A stretch of 64,000 bases of DNA from a virus, in IMG/VR virus record IMGVR_UViG_3300045988_174509; one strand, 5' to 3'. The notes beneath the pieces are model-generated. The model was not told the DNA's origin, made no database searches, and saw only the letters and a list, made by a program, of their open reading frames with translations. This document shows positions 45,237 to 54,714 of this stretch, in pieces (position 1 is the stretch's first letter; every line of letters begins with the position of its first letter). A program made the position numbers and the translations under genes.

Positions 45237-45977
45237 ATGGCTGAAATTGAAAAAAGTGAAGACAAGAATGTGCAAGATGATTTGCTGAATGTCGGTACTG
45301 ACCCCAATGCGCTTGCGAAACCGGACCAGTATTGCGCTGTTGACGGTGATGTTGATTCCTCTGACTTGAGGATGCCTGTCATGAACGCCTGGAGTGCTTC
45401 CAGTCAGGCATTCATCAATGACGGAGTAGGAGCCCAGGGGGATATTCTCTTCCGCGGTTTTGTTGTAGGGAACGTAAGCAATCCGGTTGAAATCATCGTG
45501 CTGAAGGTGAAGAAATACTTCAAGGAGAATCTTCCTTACGGCAGTGATGAACGTCCCCAGATTTTCAACTCTGTTCAGGAGTATGTCAATGCCGGATTTG
45601 TCAAGAAGGATATTGTCCGTGTGGCCGACATCCTGTTTTTGGCGAAGCGTCCTGAGAAACCTTGCTCTGCTTCTACGACGGATGAAGACCTGGATATGCT
45701 TTTCGGAATTGACTTCATGGGCGGCAAGTGGGCCGCTGGCAAGATTATTGCCCAGAAGTCCAATTACAATTCCTGTGCAATTCCTCTCTTTACTTTTTAT
45801 GGGATTGCCAATCCTCCTAACGGATTCCTGGAACACAGGATCAGGATTGGTTCTGATGTCCTGACGAACCAGAAGAACAAGTACACAGTCCTTAAATCCA
45901 TGGTTCAGTCCAAGAAGGTTGAAGGTCAGCTTGAAGAATTGAAGAGTTCCGGTCTTCTGAGCCTGATCCAAGGCTAA
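45237..45977 (+). CDS. hypothetical protein
   Basis: 246-aa ORF with ATG start. Promoter-like TTGACG-N16-TATAGT lies upstream. Confidence 0.45.
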   Translation: MAEIEKSEDKNVQDDLLNVGTDPNALAKPDQYCAVDGDVDSSDLRMPVMNAWSASSQAFINDGVGAQGDILFRGFVVGNVSNPVEIIVLKVKKYFKENLPYGSDERPQIFNSVQEYVNAGFVKKDIVRVADILFLAKRPEKPCSASTTDEDLDMLFGIDFMGGKWAAGKIIAQKSNYNSCAIPLFTFYGIANPPNGFLEHRIRIGSDVLTNQKNKYTVLKSMVQSKKVEGQLEELKSSGLLSLIQG

Positions 45978-45982
45978 TTTTC

Positions 45983-46011
45983 TTGACGGTATAAAACATA
46001 AACGATATAGT
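45983..46011 (+). promoter_or_regulatory. sigma70-like promoter TTGACG-N17-TATAGT
   Basis: Upstream of the RuvC-like gene. Its -10 box sits at the foot of hairpin 46014-46048. Confidence 0.4.
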
Positions 46012-46013
46012 GT

Positions 46014-46048
46014 GGGAGTCCTCTTTGGGTGAGAGGACTCCCTTTTTT
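46014..46048 (+). terminator. terminator-like hairpin ending 1 nt before the RuvC-like start codon
   Basis: gggagtcctc-tttgggt-gagaggactccc, then tttttt, then ATG. It overlaps a TTGACG-N17-TATAGT promoter. Confidence 0.5.
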
Positions 46049-46606
46049 ATGAAAAAACTGCCTGCGACTGTGATACTTGGTGTGGACCCTGGTGTGAGTG
46101 GAGGACTCGCTCTGGCGGACACAAAAAAAAAGGTGGTGTATTATACCAATATGCCTAAGAAGATGGAGAACTTCGGGTACTTTTGCAATGCGTTGTGCAC
46201 CATAAAGAACCGGAAGATGTTCATTGAGCACATGAGCTATGCTCAGGGGGGACGGAAAGATGAGTCCGGGAAGTTCATCCGCATCAGCAATCCCAGGTCC
46301 ATGGGTATTCTTGGTCAGAATGCCGGGTATTTGATGGGAAGTGCGGAAGCGATGGGGTACAAGATTGAAGAAGTCTGGCCCCAGCAATGGATGGGAAGGA
46401 TGGGAGTCCATGACACCGGGTTGTCTTGTAACGATAAAGGCTGGAAGAACAACCTCAAGCGGCTGGCTTCCGAAGCTTTCCCGAAAGCCAAAGTCACATT
46501 GAAGACGGCGGATGCCCTCCTCATTCTTCTGGATGCCTACCGCCGTCTTACGGAGGACCCGGAAGCCTCGCTGGCTGACTGGGATATGTACCAGATCAAG
46601 TTCTAA
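46049..46606 (+). CDS. RuvC-like Holliday junction resolvase
   Basis: MKKLPATVILGVDPGVSGGLAL is the classic RuvC ILGxDPG motif. The track start GTG 46010 lies inside an upstream hairpin. Confidence 0.55.
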   Translation: MKKLPATVILGVDPGVSGGLALADTKKKVVYYTNMPKKMENFGYFCNALCTIKNRKMFIEHMSYAQGGRKDESGKFIRISNPRSMGILGQNAGYLMGSAEAMGYKIEEVWPQQWMGRMGVHDTGLSCNDKGWKNNLKRLASEAFPKAKVTLKTADALLILLDAYRRLTEDPEASLADWDMYQIKF

Positions 46607-48444
46607 TGGCTGTTTCTCGACAGTTTATACGCTATGGCCGGAAGTGGCCGATGGATGCCTCAGAGATCGACATCGAACTCTGGTGCTTCAAGTATGCGTG
46701 GCCTAAGGAAAAGGGGGGCCTTGGCCGCTATGGTCATGCAGTCAAATGTATTGATCTCCTTTGGAATTATAAGGGCAGTCCCTCCCCGGTAATTTGGACT
46801 CCCTGGGTGGAGTATGGCCTGAGGCATGCCTGTGAGAACAATGTCTGCATCATGGGCGGCGGTTCTTCCTGCGGGAAGTCCATGATCATGGCCTTGATGG
46901 CCCTTCTTTTCTATTTGTCTGACCCCAGGCATACCATGTGCCTTATCACTTCGACCACGATTGAAGGTGCCAAGAAGCGTATCTTCAAGGATGTCAAGAG
47001 ATTTTGGCGTTCATATTTTCCTGGGAAGCTGGTGGATGGCCAGGGTAAGATCAAGGGTATCAATGAGGAGGATGAGATTGATGATTCCCAGGGCATTGTC
47101 ATTATTCCCTGCGCCAATGTAGGAGACCCTACAAGCCGATTCATCGGGATCAAGGCCCCCAACATGCACGTTTTCTATGATGAGCTTTCCGAGCTTCCCA
47201 TTGAGCTTGTTGATGTTTGGAGGACCAACCTGAACACGAACGCTATTGATACTCCTCCGACACTCATGGCGGCTTCCAACCCCAAGAGCCGGACTGATGC
47301 GTTCGGTATTATGGCGATGCCCAAGGACGGTTGGAATAGCGTGGACATTTTCACCGAGGAGACCTGGAGGACCCAGGATGGGATTTATATCCGGTTTGAC
47401 AATACCAAGAATCCTCGTATTGCTTTAAACCGGGAAGACTGGTCCTTCTACGTCAGCCGACCCATTATTGAAGAAGCCATTCGTCAGTATGGGGCAGACT
47501 CCGCTTTCATCCAGCGATTCCATAAAGCCACGTTTTCTGACGACATCGAAGAGGGAGCCCTGCTTTCTGAAGCCGAAATTTATGCGGCAGGGGCGGACGG
47601 CATGCCCGTATTTGGCCCCAAGCCCATCATTAAGATTGCGAGTCTTGACCCGGCCTATACCAATGGCGGGGACCAGTCTGTCGTCCGTTGCGCCAAGGTG
47701 GGCTATGATCTGAATGACAATCTGTGCATGTTCGTTTATGCACGCTTTGCTCTCAAGTCCACCAAGAACAAGGAGGATTTAAAATCACGCAACTTCGATA
47801 TTGCCAAGCAGGTTTATGATATTCTTCAGCAGGAAGAGATTTCTCCGGACAACTTTGTTGTGGATATTACTGGCGGCGCGGCGTTTGCCGACATTCTGGC
47901 CTCGTATCTAGGCCCAAAATTTGAGGCGATCAGTTTTTCCGGGAACGCCAGTAGCACGCCCATTTCAGCCTCTACTCCTGAACTGGCTTGCAAGATGTAT
48001 GCCAACAAGGTCTCCGAGCTCTGGGGCGTGATGAAGCTGGCGATTGCTTCCCAGCAGTTGTATGGCCTGGATTCCAAGGACATCCTGGAAATGAAGTCCA
48101 GGCTTTACACCTCGGAAAACGGAAAGATCAAGGTAGAGCCAAAGAGATTGATGAAGAAGAGAATTCGTCATTCTCCCGACGATGCTGACGCTATCGCTCT
48201 TCTGGTGCATATGGTGAGAAAGAAGTTCGGCATGGCTTTTGCCAGGATGCCGGACAAGGCCCCTACGGCCCAGAATAGGCCCAGATATAAATTTGAGCTT
48301 GACAGCAAAGGGAACCCCATTCTACACTCCCGGGATATTAAGGCTTACCTGCATGATCCCGATCAGGCGGCCAAACAGCCGCCGCCTGAGGTTCGTACTT
48401 TTCAACGTCAGGTACAGAAGCTGGGGTCGTTGCTCTGGAAGTAA
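46606..48444 (+). CDS. terminase large subunit
   Basis: Walker A IMGGGSSCGKS, Walker B VFYDELSEL, and C-terminal nuclease-like acidic residues (ASLDPAY, VVDITGG, SPDDADA). 612 aa. The TAATG overlap with RuvC is visible in sequence. Confidence 0.7.
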   Translation: MAVSRQFIRYGRKWPMDASEIDIELWCFKYAWPKEKGGLGRYGHAVKCIDLLWNYKGSPSPVIWTPWVEYGLRHACENNVCIMGGGSSCGKSMIMALMALLFYLSDPRHTMCLITSTTIEGAKKRIFKDVKRFWRSYFPGKLVDGQGKIKGINEEDEIDDSQGIVIIPCANVGDPTSRFIGIKAPNMHVFYDELSELPIELVDVWRTNLNTNAIDTPPTLMAASNPKSRTDAFGIMAMPKDGWNSVDIFTEETWRTQDGIYIRFDNTKNPRIALNREDWSFYVSRPIIEEAIRQYGADSAFIQRFHKATFSDDIEEGALLSEAEIYAAGADGMPVFGPKPIIKIASLDPAYTNGGDQSVVRCAKVGYDLNDNLCMFVYARFALKSTKNKEDLKSRNFDIAKQVYDILQQEEISPDNFVVDITGGAAFADILASYLGPKFEAISFSGNASSTPISASTPELACKMYANKVSELWGVMKLAIASQQLYGLDSKDILEMKSRLYTSENGKIKVEPKRLMKKRIRHSPDDADAIALLVHMVRKKFGMAFARMPDKAPTAQNRPRYKFELDSKGNPILHSRDIKAYLHDPDQAAKQPPPEVRTFQRQVQKLGSLLWK

Positions 48445-48476
48445 GAATAAAATCAGTAGCGTAACTTATTGATACT

Positions 48477-49064
48477 ATGGCATATGTGGATAAAGAGCTT
48501 GTAAAGAAAGCTATCAAGTTTTATCGGGATGGACTCCCGATTGAAGTGATTGAAAACCTCACCCGGATTCCCAAACCCCGTTTGGAATCTATTCTTGGTG
48601 AAGTAGAGCTGACGAAAGACGAACTGCTGGCCCGCAAGGAGTCTCTTGAAATTTTTTCCCAGTCCATCCAGGAGAAAGTCATTGAGAGAAGGACCAGGAG
48701 AACCGAAGTGGAATCCGAGATTCTTGGAAGCATTGAATCCAATTTTTCTACTTTCATGAAGCAATCTTTTGAGAGGCTTTGCAGGGCTTCCGGCACGTTG
48801 CCTTTGGATAGCTTCAAGGATGTCGCATCCCTTGTAGGAGCTATGGGGAAAGCCAGTGAAATCTGGGAGCGGTTCAACGATGCCGTAGCCAAGCGAGACC
48901 TCAAAGCCATGCAGGACATCATGGCAACGATGGAGCTTGAGGTGACGAATATTACAGTGCAGACAGCGGTTGATTCCGAGGGGCGTATTAAGCTTGATGC
49001 TGATGGGAAACGAGTTGTGACGGAAGAGGCCCAGGCCAGGAAAATTACTTTGAAGCCTCTTTAA
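48477..49064 (+). CDS. hypothetical coiled-coil protein (small terminase candidate?)
   Basis: 195 aa, helical and charged. It sits next to TerL, but no motif is diagnostic. Confidence 0.35.
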   Translation: MAYVDKELVKKAIKFYRDGLPIEVIENLTRIPKPRLESILGEVELTKDELLARKESLEIFSQSIQEKVIERRTRRTEVESEILGSIESNFSTFMKQSFERLCRASGTLPLDSFKDVASLVGAMGKASEIWERFNDAVAKRDLKAMQDIMATMELEVTNITVQTAVDSEGRIKLDADGKRVVTEEAQARKITLKPL

Positions 49065-49072
49065 TTTTTTCC

Positions 49073-49100
49073 TTGACGTGAACGTGCCAAATGTTATGTT
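49073..49100 (+). promoter_or_regulatory. sigma70-like promoter TTGACG-N13-TGtTATGTT
   Basis: Upstream of 49110..49400. Confidence 0.4.
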
Positions 49101-49109
49101 CATGTCGCT

Positions 49110-49400
49110 ATGAGCAACAAAGATATTATTAACTGGATTTCCCTAGAAAAGCTATCGTTGATAGTCTCTCTGGGATCAATAGGGTTCCTTTATTTAACAG
49201 CCTGTAGTCAGTTGGCCGAATTTCTTAATCAGGATCATAGGGTTCCTTTACTCATGAGCTGGGGAATTGCCCTTTTCACAGGTCTTCTTGTTTTAACAAT
49301 TCCTTTGGGAGTACTTTTTTGTTTGCTTAGAGGAACTTTCATGTACGTTTTTTATCCTTTTTATTGGATTGCGGGCCATTTTAATACCAAAAATAAATGA
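49110..49400 (+). CDS. hypothetical membrane protein
   Basis: 96 aa with 2-3 hydrophobic helices. Confidence 0.35.
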   Translation: MSNKDIINWISLEKLSLIVSLGSIGFLYLTACSQLAEFLNQDHRVPLLMSWGIALFTGLLVLTIPLGVLFCLLRGTFMYVFYPFYWIAGHFNTKNK

Positions 49401-49690
49401 AAGTCCTTGATGTTATAAGCAGATTTACGAGAAACCTTAGAGGATGCTTTCTTCATTTAAGTAGTGCTCAGGTTCTTATTTCGGTTGCAAAGGGGAAAGT
49501 ATTCCATAAGGACATTGTTGAGGACACCAATCTTCACTGCAATACTGTCACCAATATCTTGAGAGATTTGGTTGAGCAGGGATTGGTTTCCTGCACGGAG
49601 TTCAAACGTCCCAGGAAATATTCCCTCACAAAAGATGGAGAAATAGTGGTAAAGCGACTTTTAACTATGAAGGATAACGATGAGGACTGA
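49397..49690 (+). CDS. winged-helix DNA-binding protein, paralog family 2 of 3
   Basis: YSLTKDGEIVVKRLL and the preceding helices align with 859..1182. Confidence 0.45.
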   Translation: MKVLDVISRFTRNLRGCFLHLSSAQVLISVAKGKVFHKDIVEDTNLHCNTVTNILRDLVEQGLVSCTEFKRPRKYSLTKDGEIVVKRLLTMKDNDED

Positions 49691-50462
49691 AGAATGCGAA
49701 AAGTTTTTTGACCTCTTGAAGAGGTGGATGCCTGCTACCTTCACTAATTCGGAGCTTCATGAGGAATATGAATTCTCTGAGGTTTTTGTTGGACGTGAAA
49801 AGAATCCGCTTCCTGTTGGGTTCACTCATGGCGGCCTGACTATCGAAGGCTACTCAAAAGCTGTCGATGCTCCTTACATTGTCTCCTGTCTCTGCGGGCA
49901 TACGCTTCAATCCGAACGATCCCGGATTGAGAATAACATGACTTGCGGATGCTGGGACCGTGCTGTCCGGACTGCCTATCTGATTCGCATGCGAATTGAA
50001 GCTCTTCGCGTCTGGATGGGGCATATGAAGGAGTGGCTGAAGGACCTGGAAAGCATTAAGCAGTTTTCCATGGACTACCTTTCCAAGGTCGGTGCTCCGA
50101 GCACCTATGAAAAGAGCCTTGTCCAGATAGAGACCGGACCTTTCCATCCAGCATTGAAGCGGAATGGTACTCCTCCTGAGCAGTTGGAATTCCTGGACTT
50201 CTTTTATGTGGTTCTCCCCCCTCCTTTCTATATGGATTGGCTCCGGGACCTTGCAACCCATGCCCTGGAAGACCATCCCTTATGGGAGGCCATGCCGATG
50301 AATTCGCTTGCTGGCTATGAGGATGCAAAAACGGAACTGCCCGAGTTCGATGCGAATTGTTTCATTTCTCTGGTAAACTTCTTGACAGAGAATGAAAAAA
50401 GGTTTTATGATGGGAAGAACAGGCTTAAAAAGCCTCTGGATGGTGAGCCCGTTAATAGATAG
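49680..50462 (+). CDS. hypothetical protein with Cys motif
   Basis: 260 aa, with CLCGH...MTCGCWD. Confidence 0.4.
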   Translation: MRTEECEKFFDLLKRWMPATFTNSELHEEYEFSEVFVGREKNPLPVGFTHGGLTIEGYSKAVDAPYIVSCLCGHTLQSERSRIENNMTCGCWDRAVRTAYLIRMRIEALRVWMGHMKEWLKDLESIKQFSMDYLSKVGAPSTYEKSLVQIETGPFHPALKRNGTPPEQLEFLDFFYVVLPPPFYMDWLRDLATHALEDHPLWEAMPMNSLAGYEDAKTELPEFDANCFISLVNFLTENEKRFYDGKNRLKKPLDGEPVNR

Positions 50463-50464
50463 CC

Positions 50465-50929
50465 ATGTCCGTTATTCCTAAACCTCCTCGCCGTTCCAAA
50501 GCCCTTTGGGGATCGGCATTTGATTTCGGGGATGCTTTTGATTTTATTCGAGGGCATCAAAGGCCGAAGTCTTATGTTTCCCCCCTTCCGGGAGAGATAC
50601 TACGTTCAAATCCCGAGGTGAGGAACATCCGGTATTTCTTTTCACTGAAGACCCAGCACTTTCACCCCTTTGTGTATTCTTATGCTTTGCATCATACACA
50701 ACCTCATCGTCGAACAAAATCTCCTAATTTCAATTCACTGGGGGGAGTTGTTCCTATTATAACTCTTTACCATACAACGGTTTCTTCTCAATTTTTCTGG
50801 CGGTATTATATGTTTTTCTACCTAATGACCGATCGGGCTTTTTGCTTCTCCCCTTTCCAGGCGGTGTATGCAGATCAAAGATTGTACTTCAGGAATGTAG
50901 ATAAACGATATACCGGAAGACTCATATAA
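50465..50929 (+). CDS. hypothetical protein
   Basis: 154-aa ORF, ATG start. Confidence 0.3.
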   Translation: MSVIPKPPRRSKALWGSAFDFGDAFDFIRGHQRPKSYVSPLPGEILRSNPEVRNIRYFFSLKTQHFHPFVYSYALHHTQPHRRTKSPNFNSLGGVVPIITLYHTTVSSQFFWRYYMFFYLMTDRAFCFSPFQAVYADQRLYFRNVDKRYTGRLI

Positions 50930-50944
50930 CAACCAAAAAATACT

Positions 50945-52096
50945 ATGCTGTTAGTTATTCCATGTGAACCCCGAGTTCAAAAAAATGCCAGGGCTATTGC
51001 CACCTCCCTTGTAGAGAACACTGCTCCTGAAGACCTTCTGACGGTTGATCTTCTCTGCATCACTCCTTATCAAAATCTTACCGCGGCCAATGATTTCATT
51101 GAAGTCCTCAAGGGCCGTTGCAATTCGTTCAATGTCAAGTGCATTGATACTCCCTCCGCGTCTTTGTACGACATGGTGAACAAGATGTGGGCCAAGTGCC
51201 TTCAAATCCTTGCGATTGAAGCGGCTCCGAACGGTCTGGATATTCCTGTTCTCTGGTATTCAGAACGCGGGAACCAGTTCTTCAAGCAGGATGCCATTGC
51301 TACTTTGGACGGGTACTACACCAAGCGGAAGGCCAAGGTCATCTTTGGACCGCGGTTCCACATTCCGGCCCGTACTATTACGGCAGACCATGTGGACCCG
51401 GCCCGCGATACCGTCGAAGGTTCCTTCGTGTTCTCTTCTCAGATTTCTGCGGCCTATCCTCAAACGGTTCCTCTGTCTGTTTCCCTTCAGCCTGCCGACC
51501 ATTTCCGGGTATTCCTTTCTGGAGTATTCATTGGAGACCAGAGTGAAGAGTATGCCAAGTGGGACAACCTGTTTTCTACGGAGGTTGAACCCAAAGTAGA
51601 AGCGACAGTCGTCGCTACTCAGGTTTTCTCCCAGGCTGTCAATACCCCCCAGTCTCTTCCTGTGGCCGCCTTCGGGGCCTCCGGGGCCTCCCCCGATGGG
51701 CAGACCCTTGATGTGGACGGAGGAATGACGCTGGCACAGAAACGCGCAATGCTTGCCATGTGCAGTACGCGATCCCCCTTGAAGCCTGAGGAAGTCACTT
51801 ACTCTGCCCCCAGCGTTGCTGGCGTGACCAGTGAGGTCGATGTTCAGGCTCAAGTCTCGGGCTTCCATATCCAGGCCAGTGAAGGTACGGTTATGGGAAA
51901 TCCTGAGGCCATAGAGGAGCACAATAAAAGAGTGGTCGGGAAAAAGAAGAAAAAGTCCGCTCCGGAGTCCGAGGATTCAGAATTAGAAACTGCTTCGGAA
52001 ACTTTAGAGGTTGACAAAGAGCCGAAGGAAGGCGATATTGAACCAGCCTCTGGGGTTGAATTTCCGGAGGACGGCAAAGACCCTGATTTCGTATGA
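50945..52096 (+). CDS. hypothetical protein, acidic C-terminus
   Basis: 383-aa ORF with ATG start. The ATGA overlap with the portal gene is visible in sequence. Confidence 0.45.
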   Translation: MLLVIPCEPRVQKNARAIATSLVENTAPEDLLTVDLLCITPYQNLTAANDFIEVLKGRCNSFNVKCIDTPSASLYDMVNKMWAKCLQILAIEAAPNGLDIPVLWYSERGNQFFKQDAIATLDGYYTKRKAKVIFGPRFHIPARTITADHVDPARDTVEGSFVFSSQISAAYPQTVPLSVSLQPADHFRVFLSGVFIGDQSEEYAKWDNLFSTEVEPKVEATVVATQVFSQAVNTPQSLPVAAFGASGASPDGQTLDVDGGMTLAQKRAMLAMCSTRSPLKPEEVTYSAPSVAGVTSEVDVQAQVSGFHIQASEGTVMGNPEAIEEHNKRVVGKKKKKSAPESEDSELETASETLEVDKEPKEGDIEPASGVEFPEDGKDPDFV

Positions 52097-54387
52097 TTAA
52101 GACTCCTCCCAAGTCCTTTACCTCTTCTCCCAACACTACGGCAGGTTCGCTTGCCGTAGTGGACGGGGACGGAGAGTTCCTGAAAGACCGCGTGCCTGAT
52201 GTGTTCACGGCGCGCAGTCTCCTTTTTCTTGCCCTTCAAGCGGACATGGGCTCCGCTATTGCCCGTGTAGAAGCCCAGCGTGAGCTGGACGGGATTGAAC
52301 CCTTCAACCCTGATTCCCTGTCTCAGGCAGGCCAAGCTTACCGGACGAACAGCAACTTCCGTTTCATGACGGTGGCCCATCTTAAAACGATGGCGAGCCT
52401 TCGTGACGCCATTTCTTCCAATCCGTTCCTGGTCTCGGTGGAAACCAAGTATGGGTCTTCGCAACAGCAGGCTCTTTCCTCGGTTCTTCTCTCCCAGCTC
52501 ATGACGGACATGGTGAAGAGCATGCCCGGGTATCAGTCCACGATGGACGATCTCCTGCATAACTTTGCTTTCCACGGCTTTGGCCTGACCTATTTTGACG
52601 ACACGGAATCCTGGTTCTTTAATTCCGGGGGCCTGGATGACTTTGCCTTTGAACGCTATACCAAGGCGGACCCCAGGAACCTGGAGCTTGTGTTCGCTAC
52701 CCGCATGCTCCGGGCGCATGAACTCATGGCCTATATCAAGGATGAAGAGATTGCCCGGATCGCCGGATGGGATGTTGAAGCGGTAAAAGCTGTAGTGAAG
52801 TATGCGTCCTACAACATGCCTAATCCCTATAAGGCTCCGGAGAATATCACTCGGATGGAGAAGAACCATGACTTCACGATTGGTGATGTGGTTGGTACGG
52901 CCATTCCGATTTCTCACGTCTGGATCAAGCAGTTGGATGGAACGGTCTCTCATAAGATTTTCTTTGTAGATAATCAGAGCAAGACTGCCGAGGGCGGAGA
53001 TTTCCGGCTGGATAATCCGGAGTTCAACGAGTTCCTGTTTGTCAAGGAAAAAGCCTATGACTCCATGGAGCAGGCTTTCACGATGTTCCCCTTCGGGGTT
53101 TCCTCTTCCGGGGACATTCATGCCCTGCGTGGCTTTGGCAACACGTTGCTGGCCCACGTTCAGCAACTTAACCGCTTTACTAACTCGGCTCTTGACATTG
53201 CCAAAATTGGGATGTCGGTTACAGTCCAGCCTAAAAATGAAATGGACAGGCTGGAATCTTCCGTCAACCCCCTGGGCCCCTACACCATTATTGCCCCCGG
53301 GATTGATGTTACTCCGGTCAAGGTTCCTGATTTGAATGCTGTGTCCGCTCCTATCGGTGCTCTTCAGGGCATCATGAACTCGGTTCTCGGTGAGCTGGAT
53401 GTGACTACGGATGGGTCCATGGGCCGAACCCAGTTTGAAGCTGAAGTGCGCCTGAGCAATGCTTCTCGTCTTTCCACCCATGTGATTGACCGCTTGATGG
53501 AATGCCTTTCCCGTCTCTTCAAGGAGATTGTAAGGCGTGTTTCTGTCCGGAATTACGATGAGAATCTTGCAGGGTACAAGGAACGCCAGCGACTCCTGGA
53601 GAAGATGCAGGAGTACGGGATTCCGGAAGAAGCCTTGTATGAACTTGACGTGGATGCTACGGTGGCTACCCCGCCTATTGGCAATGGTTCCCCTGTGAAG
53701 AGGACGCTTGCTCTCCGGGCGTGCATGAACTACATTCAGTTCTACAGTGAAAAAGGCCAGAAGGCTCTCATACGTGCCCTCACTATCAATGAGGTAGGAA
53801 AGAAGTGGGCTGACATGTTCATCCCGGAAACCAATCAGGAGTACGCAAACGCCAATGCTCAGAGCGTTGCGGCCCTTCAGAACCTGTGGCTGATGCAGGG
53901 GATGGACGTTCCTGTTCTTCCGGATGAGGATCACCGCGCCCATGCCGAGATTCATGCCAATTACATTATCCAGCTCATTCCTTCTGAAAAGCTTGAGAAG
54001 GAGCAGATGGCCCGGCTCGCCCCTGGCTTGCAGAAGCTGGTGGCCCAGCTCGCCGGGCACCTTCAGTATCTCCAGGCCCGCAAGGAATTTATTCCTGCTT
54101 TCTCTCAATGGGAGAAGCTTATCGCCAGATGCAATGAAATTATTGTCAACGGCATGCGCGCCCTTGAAAAGATGCAACAGGAAACCCAGGCCCAGCAGGA
54201 GGCTCAAGGAGCCGCCCAAGGCGGCGAGCAGGTGGACCCTGAAGTTCTCAAGGTCCAGCAAGAGATGGCCTTGAAGGAGCAGGAAACGCAGGCCCGGATT
54301 GCTATTGAACAGCAGAAGGCGGAAGCAGAGATTGCCAGAAAGGCTCTTGAAGCTAATACAAAGGCAGTAGAAGCCGCAAACTCTTAA
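52093..54387 (+). CDS. portal protein (candidate)
   Basis: 764 aa in the terminase-scaffold-capsid syntenic position, with a C-terminal Q/E/A-rich coiled tail. Assigned by position and size only. Confidence 0.5.
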   Translation: MIKTPPKSFTSSPNTTAGSLAVVDGDGEFLKDRVPDVFTARSLLFLALQADMGSAIARVEAQRELDGIEPFNPDSLSQAGQAYRTNSNFRFMTVAHLKTMASLRDAISSNPFLVSVETKYGSSQQQALSSVLLSQLMTDMVKSMPGYQSTMDDLLHNFAFHGFGLTYFDDTESWFFNSGGLDDFAFERYTKADPRNLELVFATRMLRAHELMAYIKDEEIARIAGWDVEAVKAVVKYASYNMPNPYKAPENITRMEKNHDFTIGDVVGTAIPISHVWIKQLDGTVSHKIFFVDNQSKTAEGGDFRLDNPEFNEFLFVKEKAYDSMEQAFTMFPFGVSSSGDIHALRGFGNTLLAHVQQLNRFTNSALDIAKIGMSVTVQPKNEMDRLESSVNPLGPYTIIAPGIDVTPVKVPDLNAVSAPIGALQGIMNSVLGELDVTTDGSMGRTQFEAEVRLSNASRLSTHVIDRLMECLSRLFKEIVRRVSVRNYDENLAGYKERQRLLEKMQEYGIPEEALYELDVDATVATPPIGNGSPVKRTLALRACMNYIQFYSEKGQKALIRALTINEVGKKWADMFIPETNQEYANANAQSVAALQNLWLMQGMDVPVLPDEDHRAHAEIHANYIIQLIPSEKLEKEQMARLAPGLQKLVAQLAGHLQYLQARKEFIPAFSQWEKLIARCNEIIVNGMRALEKMQQETQAQQEAQGAAQGGEQVDPEVLKVQQEMALKEQETQARIAIEQQKAEAEIARKALEANTKAVEAANS

Positions 54388-54393
54388 TACATT

Positions 54394-54711
54394 ATGAATA
54401 AACTTACTGTTGATGAATTCATTGCTCAAGAGAGAAATCGTGTTCGTCTCTATGAAATCCTCAATGACCCCGTGTTTCAGGAAGCCGCTGAAATCGTACT
54501 CACGCCTTTGAACGCCGTGCCTCCTACGACCACTGAAGCGGCGGCGATCTCCGGAGCCTTTGCTTCCGGAGCCCGCCATTTGGTGGCTGGGCTTCACCTG
54601 CTTACCAAGGCACCCAAGAAACAGGAAATCAAAGACACCCCCAAGCCCCTTCCTTCGGCTCATGATATTTTCCTGAGCCGTCTGGACAACCCGAATAATA
54701 CAGCTATTTAA
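54394..54711 (+). CDS. hypothetical protein
   Basis: 105-aa ORF, ATG start. Confidence 0.35.
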   Translation: MNKLTVDEFIAQERNRVRLYEILNDPVFQEAAEIVLTPLNAVPPTTTEAAAISGAFASGARHLVAGLHLLTKAPKKQEIKDTPKPLPSAHDIFLSRLDNPNNTAI

Positions 54712-54714
54712 TTT

